Part shown: positions 30,380 to 40,421 of the stretch, piece after piece
How positions within the stretch are numbered: position 1 is the stretch's first letter
How the letters are laid out: each line of letters starts with the position of its first letter
IMG/VR virus record: IMGVR_UViG_3300037400_005024
Coordinates: 94,254 to 158,253 of that record
Direction: 5' to 3' (one strand)
From: a virus
Lineage: Duplodnaviria; Caudoviricetes
DNA: 64,000 bases
The notes under the pieces: model-generated
Seen by the model: the letters and a program-made list of their open reading frames with translations, nothing else
Databases searched by the model: none
Told to the model about the DNA's origin: nothing
Program-made: the position numbers and the translations under genes

Positions 30380-30421
30380 TTCTAAATAGCAGTTATTGAC
30401 CTAAAGGTCAATAGCAGTTCA
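30268..30421 (+). ncRNA. putative omegaRNA scaffold and IS right end
   Basis: Overlaps tnpB 3' end; stem-loops; terminal hairpin TATTGACCTAAAGGTCAATA then GCAGTTCA; second copy at 37068-37191. Confidence 0.7.
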
Positions 30422-31087
30422 TAAATCGAACTTACCAATTCTATCATAATAATCAAAAATAGCCTTGTTAATTCTACGAGTTGAATCAAGTTTTTCAAGG
30501 TAATCTTCTGAAGTTCTATCAGATGGGTTGTCAAGAGGCATTGAACCGTAGGTCGAACAATAAAATTCACCTAAAACACCTTTAAAAGTCCAACCTGTTT
30601 CATCATCAGTTAAATAGATAACTACATCAGGAAGTTCTTCTAAAATAGTTTCGCCATTTAAAGAAATTTTAGTAACTAATTTTAAAAGACTGTCAGGTGT
30701 TACAATTTTCTCATAATTCTCTTGGTAATTTTTAACAATTTCCTCAAGCTCGGCCTTTAACATCTTGTTTAACTTCTTAATAGCTTCTACTTCCCAGTAA
30801 GAAATTTCTACTGGACGTCTAACTTCAGCATTGAATGTTTTTAAAAGACCAGATTCACGAATTACGATTCTAATGAAGCACTTGTAAACTTTATCTTTTA
30901 CATCCTCAGAAACATTTGAAATATCTACGGTTTCAAAAGTTTTAGAATTTCTAAACTGATACTTTTTAAATAAATCTTCTCTTAAATCATAAAGTCTATC
31001 ATATAATGCATTTGCTACTTCTGAGAATGTAATAGGGGTACTATTACGAGCTTTGATGATAAAATCTTTTAATTCTTTGATAGTCAT
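30419..31087 (-). CDS. early hypothetical protein
   Basis: Behind early promoter; TGA stop coincides with terminal TCA of the IS right end. Confidence 0.7.
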   Translation of the reverse strand: MTIKELKDFIIKARNSTPITFSEVANALYDRLYDLREDLFKKYQFRNSKTFETVDISNVSEDVKDKVYKCFIRIVIRESGLLKTFNAEVRRPVEISYWEVEAIKKLNKMLKAELEEIVKNYQENYEKIVTPDSLLKLVTKISLNGETILEELPDVVIYLTDDETGWTFKGVLGEFYCSTYGSMPLDNPSDRTSEDYLEKLDSTRRINKAIFDYYDRIGKFDL

Positions 31088-31263
31088 ATACTGTTTTCCT
31101 TTATTTAATTTGTTTTTACAGTATCATTATAAACCAAAAAAATTAAAATGTAAACTATTTTTTAAAATATTTTTGATACGTCCGTTACAAAATTTTAATT
31201 TGTGAAATTTCTGAGATTTCATCAAAAATAATATAAATAGTTAAAATTAGAATCTAAAGCCAA

Positions 31264-31623
31264 ATGAGTGCACTGTACACTGACTTAAAAACACCAACTT
31301 ATCCGTCGTATAATGTTGAGGCGATAAATAATTCTATTAGAAATATTTTAACAACTCAACAAGGCTCATTGGAAGGTATGCCAGAATTCGGTTCACGTTT
31401 GAACGAATTGGTATTTTCACAAATTGACCACATTACAATTGATTTGTTAAAAAACCTTATTCAAGAAGCGTTACAAAAATGGGAAGATAGAATAATAATT
31501 TCAAATATTAACGTTTCAAGCGTCCCTGAGTACAACAGACTTCTTGCAACAATTTCATATAGATTAAAAGATGATGTTTTAAATAACAATTATAGTCTTT
31601 CAGTGGAACTCAACCAAGGATAA
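31264..31623 (+). CDS. gp25: baseplate wedge subunit
   Basis: AINNSIRNILTT..G...PEFGS....F..WE.RI. Confidence 0.92.
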   Translation: MSALYTDLKTPTYPSYNVEAINNSIRNILTTQQGSLEGMPEFGSRLNELVFSQIDHITIDLLKNLIQEALQKWEDRIIISNINVSSVPEYNRLLATISYRLKDDVLNNNYSLSVELNQG

Positions 31624-31625
31624 TT

Positions 31626-34436
31626 ATGACTCAAATAATAGAAACAGTACCATTTAATTACAACGAATTAAGAACAGAGATTGAAAACAAATTCAAAGAA
31701 GCAGGTTATGATACATCTCTTGGTTCGAACGTTTCACAACTTTCAAACATTATGGCATACGTTGCTTCAATGTTGAACGTGAATACTGCTTTGAATATCA
31801 ATGAAACAATTTTACCTTATGCAACAAAACGTGAAAACGTTTTAGAAGTTGCAAGAAATTTATCATACGAAGCATCCAAAAAACGTTCATTTGTTTATGA
31901 TGTTCAGATAACTTTTGATTCAGGTGATAAGTACCTTCCAAAGTATACAGAATTTACAGCAAATGGTAAAAGTTATTACATGATAACTGATGATATTTCA
32001 ATAAGTGAAAAGACAAAGCAACGTACTTATAATATCATGGTTAAAGAAGGAACCAGATATACTTATGACCAAGATCCAGATTCTTTAGTTGTAACTACAA
32101 CTCAGATAACTGAAAATGGTCAAACTGTAGATCAATATTACATCGATGTTCCGTATACAAACATTGAAGAAAATGGTGTTGAAGTTTTCGTTTCGTACTA
32201 TGATGAATATGGTGTTTATCACGATAAAACTCAATTCTATAAAAATGATTCGGTTTTTATTGAAAGTACTGATACTTTAAAAAGAAAGTTTATTAGAATT
32301 GATAATACAGAATATAAAACTCCTAGAATTTATTTCAAGTACGCTGGTTCTGGAAAAGGAATTCCATTAGGTTCTGATGTTTATATCAATTTATTAGAAT
32401 CTTCAGGACGAGATGGTGCATTAGACACATCTAAGCCAGAAGATTTAAAATGCAACGTTACTGGTATTACAATTGATAAAATTACTCTGAATTCTTATGG
32501 TCAAGAAGAAGAATCAATTGAGAGTATTAAGCAGAACGCTCCAAAAATTTATAATTCTTCAAATCGACTCATTACAGCTGATGATTATCGAGGAGCATGT
32601 AATAAAGACACAAGAGTTTTAGATTCAATCATCTGGGGTGGTGAAACAGAATTTCCAAAATCTCCAGGTCATATTTGGTTTAGTTTCTTACCAAATATTC
32701 CAAATAAAAACTATTCTCACGATGATTTAAATCTGAAATACGTTAGAGAATATTCTGATTATGTTTATGATTATCAGTTACCAACTGATGATACTTCAAA
32801 TGAAGCTGAACTTCAGAAATATACTGAATTCAATTATATTCCTCAACAGACTATCAAGTCAAATACTAAAGACAAATCTGGAAATGTTGTAAATCCAGGA
32901 ATCTGGGATAATCTTGAAGGTTATAACGTTCCATCTTTGATTTATCATCACAGAAATCCGTTATTCTGTGAATTTGATTATACTATAGATGTTTTAAAAT
33001 ACACTCTTTATGATAATCAACCTCAGATTCGTCAAGACATTTTTGATATTATAAACAATGCTTTTACAGGTACTGAAGATACAATTCAATATCAATCATT
33101 TAATACAGAATATTTCAATGCTTCTTTAATTAAGCGTATTGATTCAAGAATCACAGATATTTCTGGCTTCAAAATGAAAGCAAATACTCATATCATTTTA
33201 AATCAGAATACTGTTTTAAATGAAAATGAAGATCAAAATTGCAGAGATATTTACATTCCGTTATCAGTACCTTATGAAAATTACTTTGACGATAATGGTA
33301 AATTGATGTACGAGCAGTTACCATCTATTGATACTAAAAACTTCATGAGATATATAGATGGAAATGCACATTACGATGCAGATATTTACACTGATTGGAG
33401 TTTTGTTGATAAAGATGATACAAAACAGAAATTAAAACCTTTAATTATTGCACCAATTAAATCAAGACAAAAACTTGCTAAAGAATTATCTGATGTAGAT
33501 GATGCTAAAGTTTTTGAATTACCTTTCAGAATTTATCCAGATGGATTCGTTGAATTGCCTGAAGATTCTGAAGAAAAGTACAAGTATTCAGATACTAAAG
33601 TTTATATTTACAATAAAGAAGATGAACTTATCAAAGAACGTTTTGAAGTTCCATACGATGAAGAAAATGGTTGGTACATGAACCCTGAATATCCAAATCG
33701 TTTAAGACTCGGTGAAAACGTTGAAATTCCTGATGGCAAGATATTAGAAGTTGATCATAACGGATTCTGTGGTTTTTATTACTTATTTAATTCTTATACA
33801 AAAGAAATTTTAATTCATCTATTCGTTGATGGTACTGTTTCAGGTTACCGAGATGAAGCACTTTCATCAAATGCACACGATCCGAATGCAGATTATAAAA
33901 ACTGTTATTTCTATACAACTACAGATAACTATTTGCATTCTAATACTCAGCATTATTTCTATTCTGAAGCAAAGTTGAAAGATGTTCAAAATTACGCTGA
34001 ATTAGCAAACTTTGTTCCTAAAGGTGGAATGACCTATGATTTTAACAGAGCAAATTCAGTAAATCAAGATCCTTCAACGGTTATAACTGGTGCATCTGGT
34101 AATTTCTCAAGTTCAGACTATTCAATGGATAATAAATCTATTTCTTATTTGTACAGTAATAATGAAAATACATATTATTCAAATGAAACAAATTATATAA
34201 CTCTGAATGGTTATACATTAGATTCTGACGAAAAGACAAATGTTTATACTGGTGCTATAGTTAAAGCAATAAATAAAACAATGTACAAACGTTCTGCTTT
34301 GAAAATGGATCTTTTCAAGAATAACAGAAATTTAAACTTAGTTTATAAATCTCCAAACTTTAAAGTTATTAAAAATGTTATTCCAAAACTTAGATCTGTA
34401 ACTTTTGAAACTATTGATGATACACTTAACAGCTAA
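31626..34436 (+). CDS. gp6: baseplate wedge protein
   Basis: GSN.S.L...AY, NE..L..A..R.NV, ESIESIKQNAP, RLITADDY, WGGE. Confidence 0.88.
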   Translation: MTQIIETVPFNYNELRTEIENKFKEAGYDTSLGSNVSQLSNIMAYVASMLNVNTALNINETILPYATKRENVLEVARNLSYEASKKRSFVYDVQITFDSGDKYLPKYTEFTANGKSYYMITDDISISEKTKQRTYNIMVKEGTRYTYDQDPDSLVVTTTQITENGQTVDQYYIDVPYTNIEENGVEVFVSYYDEYGVYHDKTQFYKNDSVFIESTDTLKRKFIRIDNTEYKTPRIYFKYAGSGKGIPLGSDVYINLLESSGRDGALDTSKPEDLKCNVTGITIDKITLNSYGQEEESIESIKQNAPKIYNSSNRLITADDYRGACNKDTRVLDSIIWGGETEFPKSPGHIWFSFLPNIPNKNYSHDDLNLKYVREYSDYVYDYQLPTDDTSNEAELQKYTEFNYIPQQTIKSNTKDKSGNVVNPGIWDNLEGYNVPSLIYHHRNPLFCEFDYTIDVLKYTLYDNQPQIRQDIFDIINNAFTGTEDTIQYQSFNTEYFNASLIKRIDSRITDISGFKMKANTHIILNQNTVLNENEDQNCRDIYIPLSVPYENYFDDNGKLMYEQLPSIDTKNFMRYIDGNAHYDADIYTDWSFVDKDDTKQKLKPLIIAPIKSRQKLAKELSDVDDAKVFELPFRIYPDGFVELPEDSEEKYKYSDTKVYIYNKEDELIKERFEVPYDEENGWYMNPEYPNRLRLGENVEIPDGKILEVDHNGFCGFYYLFNSYTKEILIHLFVDGTVSGYRDEALSSNAHDPNADYKNCYFYTTTDNYLHSNTQHYFYSEAKLKDVQNYAELANFVPKGGMTYDFNRANSVNQDPSTVITGASGNFSSSDYSMDNKSISYLYSNNENTYYSNETNYITLNGYTLDSDEKTNVYTGAIVKAINKTMYKRSALKMDLFKNNRNLNLVYKSPNFKVIKNVIPKLRSVTFETIDDTLNS

Positions 34437-34442
34437 AACATT

Positions 34443-37001
34443 ATGTTAAATTCTCTTAAAGATATATTTTCAAAATTAACTCCAACGAATATAAATGATA
34501 TTCCGTTGATTAAAATTGCTCAGTCAATCTTCATCGATGCAATTGAACGTAATTCGAAGGTTGCAAAACGCATTACAAATATTTTTGATGTTCAAGAAAG
34601 AAATGAAGATTCTGAATTATTAAATAATGCTAAAAGAAATTTAAAAGAAGGACTTTATCAGACATATTTAGCAATTCTTTTTAAATATCTTAAAAGTATT
34701 GTATCTGATGAAAGACTTAGAGATGACTTGAAAAAGTTTGGTTATACCGATGCTGGAATTTATCAAGATATCTATAAAGTAATCAATACAGAATTTCTCC
34801 AGACTAATAAGATTTATACTGAAAAGGTTGGTAATAATTCTGCAACTAAGTACATGTATGCATTTTCAAAGTATCTTGAGTCTGGAGAACTCACAGATGA
34901 CTTGGATATTGCTCCAGAATCACCATTCATTGTTCACAAGGAAGGTTCTTTAGGAAGAAGAATGTATCGTGAATTTACACAACCTTTAGAACATCAAATT
35001 GGATTCGTTGATAACTATGAAACTGTTTTTAAGTTAAATCTCTTTGATTATTTCGGAGTTGAAATTGAAGAAGGTTTTAACAGAATTGAAGTAATTTGTA
35101 AAGATTCTGGATATATTTTCATTAAAGATTCAACAACTGAAACTACAATTCAATATCTCGAAACAAAAATAAATCCTATAACAGGTAAAGTATTTACACG
35201 AGATGAAATTCTTCAGAATTTTTCAATTTTTCCTAATAAAAACATTTTAACTTGGAGAAAATATAGAAACGAAGATGATCAGTTGATTATTGTTTTCGTT
35301 TTTACAGACCAGACAGTTCTGTATCATAACTATTCAGATCCTAGACATACTTATTTTACAACTTATGAAGATTACCTGAATGGTTTTATAAATCCTACAC
35401 TTTCTTTAGGCGAATGTTATGAATTAACATTTGATAAAGCAAACAACTTCAAATTTTTATATTCTGACTCTCTTGAAAACTTTGTAAAAGATCATTATGT
35501 TACAATGATTAAAGAAGAAAATAAAGGTGGAGTTGGTCTAAGTTGTTATTCAGAAGTTGATGAAACAAATGTTTTCAAAGTTACAGGTAAATCAAAAAAC
35601 TATTCACTAGGATTATCAGATTTTGGTTACGTTACAAATTATGATGAAACACAATTTTATAAGAATAAATTCATACCATCTTTGACAACTAGAATTCCAA
35701 ATGAAGGTACTATAAAAATTTCTGATAATATTGATAATAACGTAGTTATAGATTACTATACGGGAATTGAACGTTATAGAGTTAACACATTCTCTTTAAC
35801 TGGAGATGTTTATAAAATTCTTTTAGATGATTATATTTTTCCTAAGTTTACTGTTGAAGCAACTGGTCTTAACAATACTAAAAGACCATTTAAAATAACT
35901 GACTATTATTCAACATTTGGAAAAATTTCATTTTCTGGAAATGTAAATGGAACAGATACTGATAAAGTTTTAACTTTATCAGATTTTAAAGATAAAGCAA
36001 ACACTGATTATTTTATTAAAATCGTTTATAAATCAAAAAATTCAAATATTTCTAAATACTTAGATTATTCCGAAGATCTTAAATTTAAGTTTAACCTTGA
36101 ATTTAAAACTTTTGATACAGACACAGATTGTGAATTTCATTTAATGCTTATTAAGTACGGAACAAAACCTGTAATTGATGAGTACGTTAAAATTTCAGAT
36201 GTTTTTAGATACACGGATTTTAAACCAAATGTTTCTTTACTGCATTTTGATGATATAGAATATGTAAAATATGAAGTTCAAACTGTTTCAAAACCATCAG
36301 AACTTCCAGAGTATAACGATTTTCCACCTGATGCTCCTGGAAGAATTGGTGAAAGAGGAGATGGATCATTTTATGGTGAAATTATAAATCTCAGAGATTA
36401 TCCTCAAGAAGAATGGGACAATTTAAAAGAAATTTCAAAAGATGCATTTTCAGATGGTGTTTTGATATTTCCAGATTCTAAAACAGCAGACTTCAGAAAT
36501 TATGAAGGCGATCATGTCTTTGTTAACATTGGCTTTAGAACCGTTTGTGTTGACACATCTGACATGAATGTTATAACATCACCTTATTTCGCTAATGATG
36601 GAGACTTTGATTTAGATGGAGATTCAGACAGTTTTGATGGTGGTATAGAAGTTGACTCAACTGTAGATGGTTATTATCTATTTTCTGATTATGAACCTGA
36701 AAAAGATGGTAACTGTTATTTGTTCTCAAGAGATTCAAATTATCTCTATGCTCGTAAAAATGATATGGTGTTTTCAACTCATACCATAACAACAGAATTA
36801 GACAATGGAGTCGGAACAACATCTTACACATTTAAAGGTAAAAAGACTTTTGAATTTGTAAGAAATAAATTAGGTATTCCATATAAAGAAGGAAATGTAT
36901 TTTCAGGTTGGTCTATTCAGCCAGGAACAAATAATTTTATAGATGACAATGAAGTAATTGAATCTGATATGACAATATATGCAATTTATGTTGAATTATA
37001 G
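34443..37001 (+). CDS. large baseplate protein (gp7-like position) with C-terminal InlB B-repeat-like domain
   Basis: Follows gp6; C-terminal P.KEG.VFSGW...I.SDMTIYA.Y. Confidence 0.55.
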   Translation: MLNSLKDIFSKLTPTNINDIPLIKIAQSIFIDAIERNSKVAKRITNIFDVQERNEDSELLNNAKRNLKEGLYQTYLAILFKYLKSIVSDERLRDDLKKFGYTDAGIYQDIYKVINTEFLQTNKIYTEKVGNNSATKYMYAFSKYLESGELTDDLDIAPESPFIVHKEGSLGRRMYREFTQPLEHQIGFVDNYETVFKLNLFDYFGVEIEEGFNRIEVICKDSGYIFIKDSTTETTIQYLETKINPITGKVFTRDEILQNFSIFPNKNILTWRKYRNEDDQLIIVFVFTDQTVLYHNYSDPRHTYFTTYEDYLNGFINPTLSLGECYELTFDKANNFKFLYSDSLENFVKDHYVTMIKEENKGGVGLSCYSEVDETNVFKVTGKSKNYSLGLSDFGYVTNYDETQFYKNKFIPSLTTRIPNEGTIKISDNIDNNVVIDYYTGIERYRVNTFSLTGDVYKILLDDYIFPKFTVEATGLNNTKRPFKITDYYSTFGKISFSGNVNGTDTDKVLTLSDFKDKANTDYFIKIVYKSKNSNISKYLDYSEDLKFKFNLEFKTFDTDTDCEFHLMLIKYGTKPVIDEYVKISDVFRYTDFKPNVSLLHFDDIEYVKYEVQTVSKPSELPEYNDFPPDAPGRIGERGDGSFYGEIINLRDYPQEEWDNLKEISKDAFSDGVLIFPDSKTADFRNYEGDHVFVNIGFRTVCVDTSDMNVITSPYFANDGDFDLDGDSDSFDGGIEVDSTVDGYYLFSDYEPEKDGNCYLFSRDSNYLYARKNDMVFSTHTITTELDNGVGTTSYTFKGKKTFEFVRNKLGIPYKEGNVFSGWSIQPGTNNFIDDNEVIESDMTIYAIYVEL

Positions 37002-37005
37002 AAAA

Positions 37006-37191
37006 CCAACGGATAAAAATATGAACCTAAAGGTTCATAAATATAGCCATTTAGAATTTATATAAACTGTTTATAACAAATCTTATCAAACTCTTGGAAA
37101 GGAACTTTCGGAGTATAACGCTTTTAAGTGCTTTTAGTGTTTACACTAAAAGTGCTTAAACTAGAACTAAGTATTTAATTCTAAATAGCAG
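37006..37191 (+). mobile_element. non-autonomous IS605-type remnant: left end fused to omegaRNA scaffold
   Basis: 37006-37066 matches 892-948; 37068-37191 matches 30268-30392. Confidence 0.75.
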
Positions 37192-37192
37192 A

Positions 37193-37786
37193 TTAAACAA
37201 TTTTATTGTGTTCTTTAATTTGTTTGATTATATCTGCAGTTGTTGCAATTAAGTTTTCTGCAGGATTTTCAGAAATATTAGTTATATTAAGATTATTAGT
37301 AGTTTTATTAAAACCAGATTTAACTTTTTCTAAGTTAGTGATAATAGTTGAAATGTCTTTATATGCTTGAATAAAAAGTTTTAAAGTATCTGTAATTGAT
37401 TTGTTTAATTCTGCGTAAGAGTTTATAAGTTCTGCAAGTTCTTCTGGATCTGATGCAGTAATATCAATGCCTAAAGATTTTATGATATTTCTGCCTTGTT
37501 CTGCATTTTCTCTAAGTGTTTTTCTAATATAATCAAAATCTTGTAATAAAGTATTTAGATTTATTAGTTCTAGATATGAAGAATCATCTAAAGTTTTAGG
37601 CAAATCTTTTGTCTTGTCTTCAGCATATTCTAAAATGTCATTTCCGCTGATATCCATTTCATCAGCTATATCTAAATTTTCTTTAAATCTAGCTGTGATT
37701 TTATTCATTTTATCAGCTAGTTTGTTAGCTCTATCTTCTGTAGGCTTTAAATCAATTGTATTCATTATTCTGGAAAACTTCTCCAT
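37193..37786 (-). CDS. gp16: terminase small subunit-like
   Basis: DFDYIRKTL....EQG...I and TTNNL...TTADIIK resemble T4-superfamily gp16 motifs. Confidence 0.6.
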   Translation of the reverse strand: MEKFSRIMNTIDLKPTEDRANKLADKMNKITARFKENLDIADEMDISGNDILEYAEDKTKDLPKTLDDSSYLELINLNTLLQDFDYIRKTLRENAEQGRNIIKSLGIDITASDPEELAELINSYAELNKSITDTLKLFIQAYKDISTIITNLEKVKSGFNKTTNNLNITNISENPAENLIATTADIIKQIKEHNKIV

Positions 37787-37995
37787 CTGTGATATGTTTT
37801 ATCTAATTTTAAAAAGTTTAACTCTTTAATTCTTGAGAAATCAATGTTATAATCTTCATCAATATTCATTTTTTCTAATTCATATCCAGACGGATTCTTT
37901 AAATTAAAATCATATCTTTCGCTAAAAATAAATTTTAAAAACACAGCTTGTCCGCAAAGATATAAAATGACAGAAAAGTACAATAAAAATTCCAT
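37765..37995 (-). CDS. small late protein with N-terminal TM helix
   Basis: TATAAATA at 38006-38013 directly upstream. Confidence 0.55.
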   Translation of the reverse strand: MEFLLYFSVILYLCGQAVFLKFIFSERYDFNLKNPSGYELEKMNIDEDYNIDFSRIKELNFLKLDKTYHRWRSFPE

Positions 37996-38082
37996 TTTTT
38001 TTAACTATTTATAAAAATTGAGGTAAGCGTTGAAAAGTTATTAAATAAGTAAATGTACTATATTGAATTTTTGAGTTAAAAT

Positions 38083-38156
38083 AAAAAGTCCTTATAAATC
38101 AATAACTTAGTTATAGTGATATTTTAATTAAGTTATTGATTTTAAAGGACTTTCTA
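38083..38156. repeat. dispersed palindrome copy 2
   Basis: Boxes 38097-38109 and 38129-38141. Confidence 0.9.
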
Positions 38157-38182
38157 AAAATTGATTAAAAATTCCAAATTTC

Positions 38183-38200
38183 AGGTCAACAGCAGTTCAC
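38183..38200 (+). mobile_element. 3' half of IS right end
   Basis: AGGTCAACAGCAGTTCAC versus AGGTCAATAGCAGTTCA after tnpB. Confidence 0.55.
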
Positions 38201-38211
38201 AAGTATTTGTC

Positions 38212-39453
38212 CTATCTGCACAGATACCAATCAGGTTCATTGCCTTCAAGTGGAGATTCATCAAACATATCACTCATATCTCTAAAATTTGAAACATTCC
38301 ATTTTGAGATATCACCATTGAAGTCAGATCTATAGAACATATATTCCATATTCTTAACTTTTGAAACATTCCATTTTGAGATATCAGTGTTGAATTTAGA
38401 TTCGTAAAACATACCTGTCATATTTCTAACATTTGAAACATTCCATTTCGAAATATCACCATTGAAGTCAGATCTATAGAACATACCTTCCATATACTTA
38501 ACTTTTGAAACATTCCACTTTGAGATATCTCTATTGAATTTAGATTCTGCAAACATAGCACTCATATTTTCAACTTTTGAAACATCCCATTTCGAAATGT
38601 CTCCATTGAATTCAGATTTACAGAACATACCTTCCATATCATTAACTTTTGAAACATTCCATTTTGAGATATCACCGTTGAATTTAGATCCTTTAAACAT
38701 ACCTTCCATGTTTTCAACACTTGAAACATTCCATTTTGAGATATCACCGTTGAATTTAGATTCTCCAAACATAGCACTCATATCATTAACTTTTGAAACA
38801 TTCCATTTCGAAATGTCACCATTGAAGTTAGAACCGTAAAACATGCAGAACATATTTCTAACATTTGAAACATCCCATTGTGAGATATCTCCATTAAAGT
38901 TAGATTTATCAAACATAGCACTCATGTCTCTAACATTTGAAACATCCCATTTTGAAATGTCTCCATTGAAGTCAGATTTGAAGAACATGCAGTACATATT
39001 TCTAACATTTGAAACATCCCACTTTGAGATATCACCATTGAATTCAGATTCATCAAACATGCCTCCCATATCTTCAACTTTTGAAACATCCCATTGTGAG
39101 ATATCACCATTGAAGATAGATCCTTTAAACATGTTAGCCATATCTTTAATGCGTGAAACATTCCATTTCGAAATATCGCCATTGAAGTTAGAATCTGAGA
39201 ACATATATCTCATATCTTCAACTTTTGAAACATCCCATTTTGAAATGTCTCCATTGAATTTAGAATAGCAAAACAAAGCACTCATATCGGTAATCTTTGA
39301 AGTATCAATAAAGTTAAGGTCACAGTCATAACCTTGTTCTTCGATTGTATCTTCAATAATTTTTTTCAGTTCATCTTTAGTTTTAGGTTGAATTGTATTT
39401 TTAGGTTGAATTGTAGTTTTAACAGATTTATTTAAACAATATTTAAATTTCAT
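38212..39453 (-). CDS. DUF285/BspA-type repeat protein, 14 x 24-aa repeats
   Basis: FNGDISKW(D/N)VSKV..M..MF..S repeats (72 bp); DLNFIDTSKITDM cap. Confidence 0.9.
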   Translation of the reverse strand: MKFKYCLNKSVKTTIQPKNTIQPKTKDELKKIIEDTIEEQGYDCDLNFIDTSKITDMSALFCYSKFNGDISKWDVSKVEDMRYMFSDSNFNGDISKWNVSRIKDMANMFKGSIFNGDISQWDVSKVEDMGGMFDESEFNGDISKWDVSNVRNMYCMFFKSDFNGDISKWDVSNVRDMSAMFDKSNFNGDISQWDVSNVRNMFCMFYGSNFNGDISKWNVSKVNDMSAMFGESKFNGDISKWNVSSVENMEGMFKGSKFNGDISKWNVSKVNDMEGMFCKSEFNGDISKWDVSKVENMSAMFAESKFNRDISKWNVSKVKYMEGMFYRSDFNGDISKWNVSNVRNMTGMFYESKFNTDISKWNVSKVKNMEYMFYRSDFNGDISKWNVSNFRDMSDMFDESPLEGNEPDWYLCR

Positions 39454-39479
39454 TTTTTTTTTTAACCTTAAATAAAAGA

Positions 39480-39509
39480 GTGAACTGATATTAACCTAAA
39501 GGATATATC
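39480..39509 (-). mobile_element. degenerate IS right end on minus strand
   Basis: Reverse complement GATATATCCTTTAGGTTAATATCAGTTCAC. Confidence 0.45.
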
Positions 39510-39650
39510 TATCTGAATGTTAGATTGTATTTAAAAAAAAATATTTAAATTTTTTGTAGAAATATTCGTTTTCGTATTTTAGGACGAAAATTCTGTCGTA
39601 TCCTTTACATGAAAAGCTCTTAACTGAGCAAGAGCTTTGTGAAATTTTAA

Positions 39651-40376
39651 CTAGTCAATAAACTTAGGCTGATGTTGAGGATTAACTTCTAATGGACAGT
39701 CATTAAACATACTGATATGGTCGTCAACTTTCCAAACATTCCACTTTGAAATGTCACCATTGAAATCAGAATCATAAAACATATAATCCATATTTTTTAC
39801 ATTTGAAGTATCCCACTTTGAAATGTCCTGATTGAACTTTGATGCAAAAAACATGTTATTCATATCTTTAACATTTCGAACATCCCACTTTGAAATGTCA
39901 CCATTGAAATCAGAATGGAAGAACATTGCACTCATATCTTTAACATTTGAAGTATCCCACTTGGAAATATCTTTATTAAAAATAGATTTTTTAAACATCG
40001 CATACATATTTTCTACATTTGAAGTATCCCACTTTGAAAGATCTCCATTGAATTTTGACCATTCGAACATGCCTTCCATATTCTTAACTTTTGAGATATC
40101 CCATCCTGATATGTCACCATTGAACTTAGACTGAAAAAACATATATTTCATATCTGTAACATTTGAAGTATCCCACTTTGAAATGTCACCATTGAAATTA
40201 CTTTTTTCAAATAAATAAGCCATGGATGTAATCTTACTTGTGTCGATGAAGTTCAAATCACAATTTGGACCCTTTTCTTTAATTGTATCCTTAACTAATT
40301 GTTTTAGTTCTGCAAGTGTCTTTGGTTGAACAGTACCTGCTGATTCGTTTAATCTTAAAAACTCTGTAAATTTCAT
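39651..40376 (-). CDS. DUF285/BspA-type repeat protein, 7 repeats
   Basis: Same repeat; N-terminus MKFTEFLRLNES. Confidence 0.9.
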   Translation of the reverse strand: MKFTEFLRLNESAGTVQPKTLAELKQLVKDTIKEKGPNCDLNFIDTSKITSMAYLFEKSNFNGDISKWDTSNVTDMKYMFFQSKFNGDISGWDISKVKNMEGMFEWSKFNGDLSKWDTSNVENMYAMFKKSIFNKDISKWDTSNVKDMSAMFFHSDFNGDISKWDVRNVKDMNNMFFASKFNQDISKWDTSNVKNMDYMFYDSDFNGDISKWNVWKVDDHISMFNDCPLEVNPQHQPKFID

Positions 40377-40421
40377 TTTTTACCTCAAAAAATCCCTTAA
40401 ACAAGTGGATTGTTAAATTAT

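Noticed and set aside
29061-30440. TnpB as a TldR repressor partnered with the flagellin
   Set aside because: RuvC D/E/D residues are intact, the gene is 31 kb from fliC, the predicted guide is just flanking phage sequence, and no csrA is seen; cannot be fully excluded without the host genome
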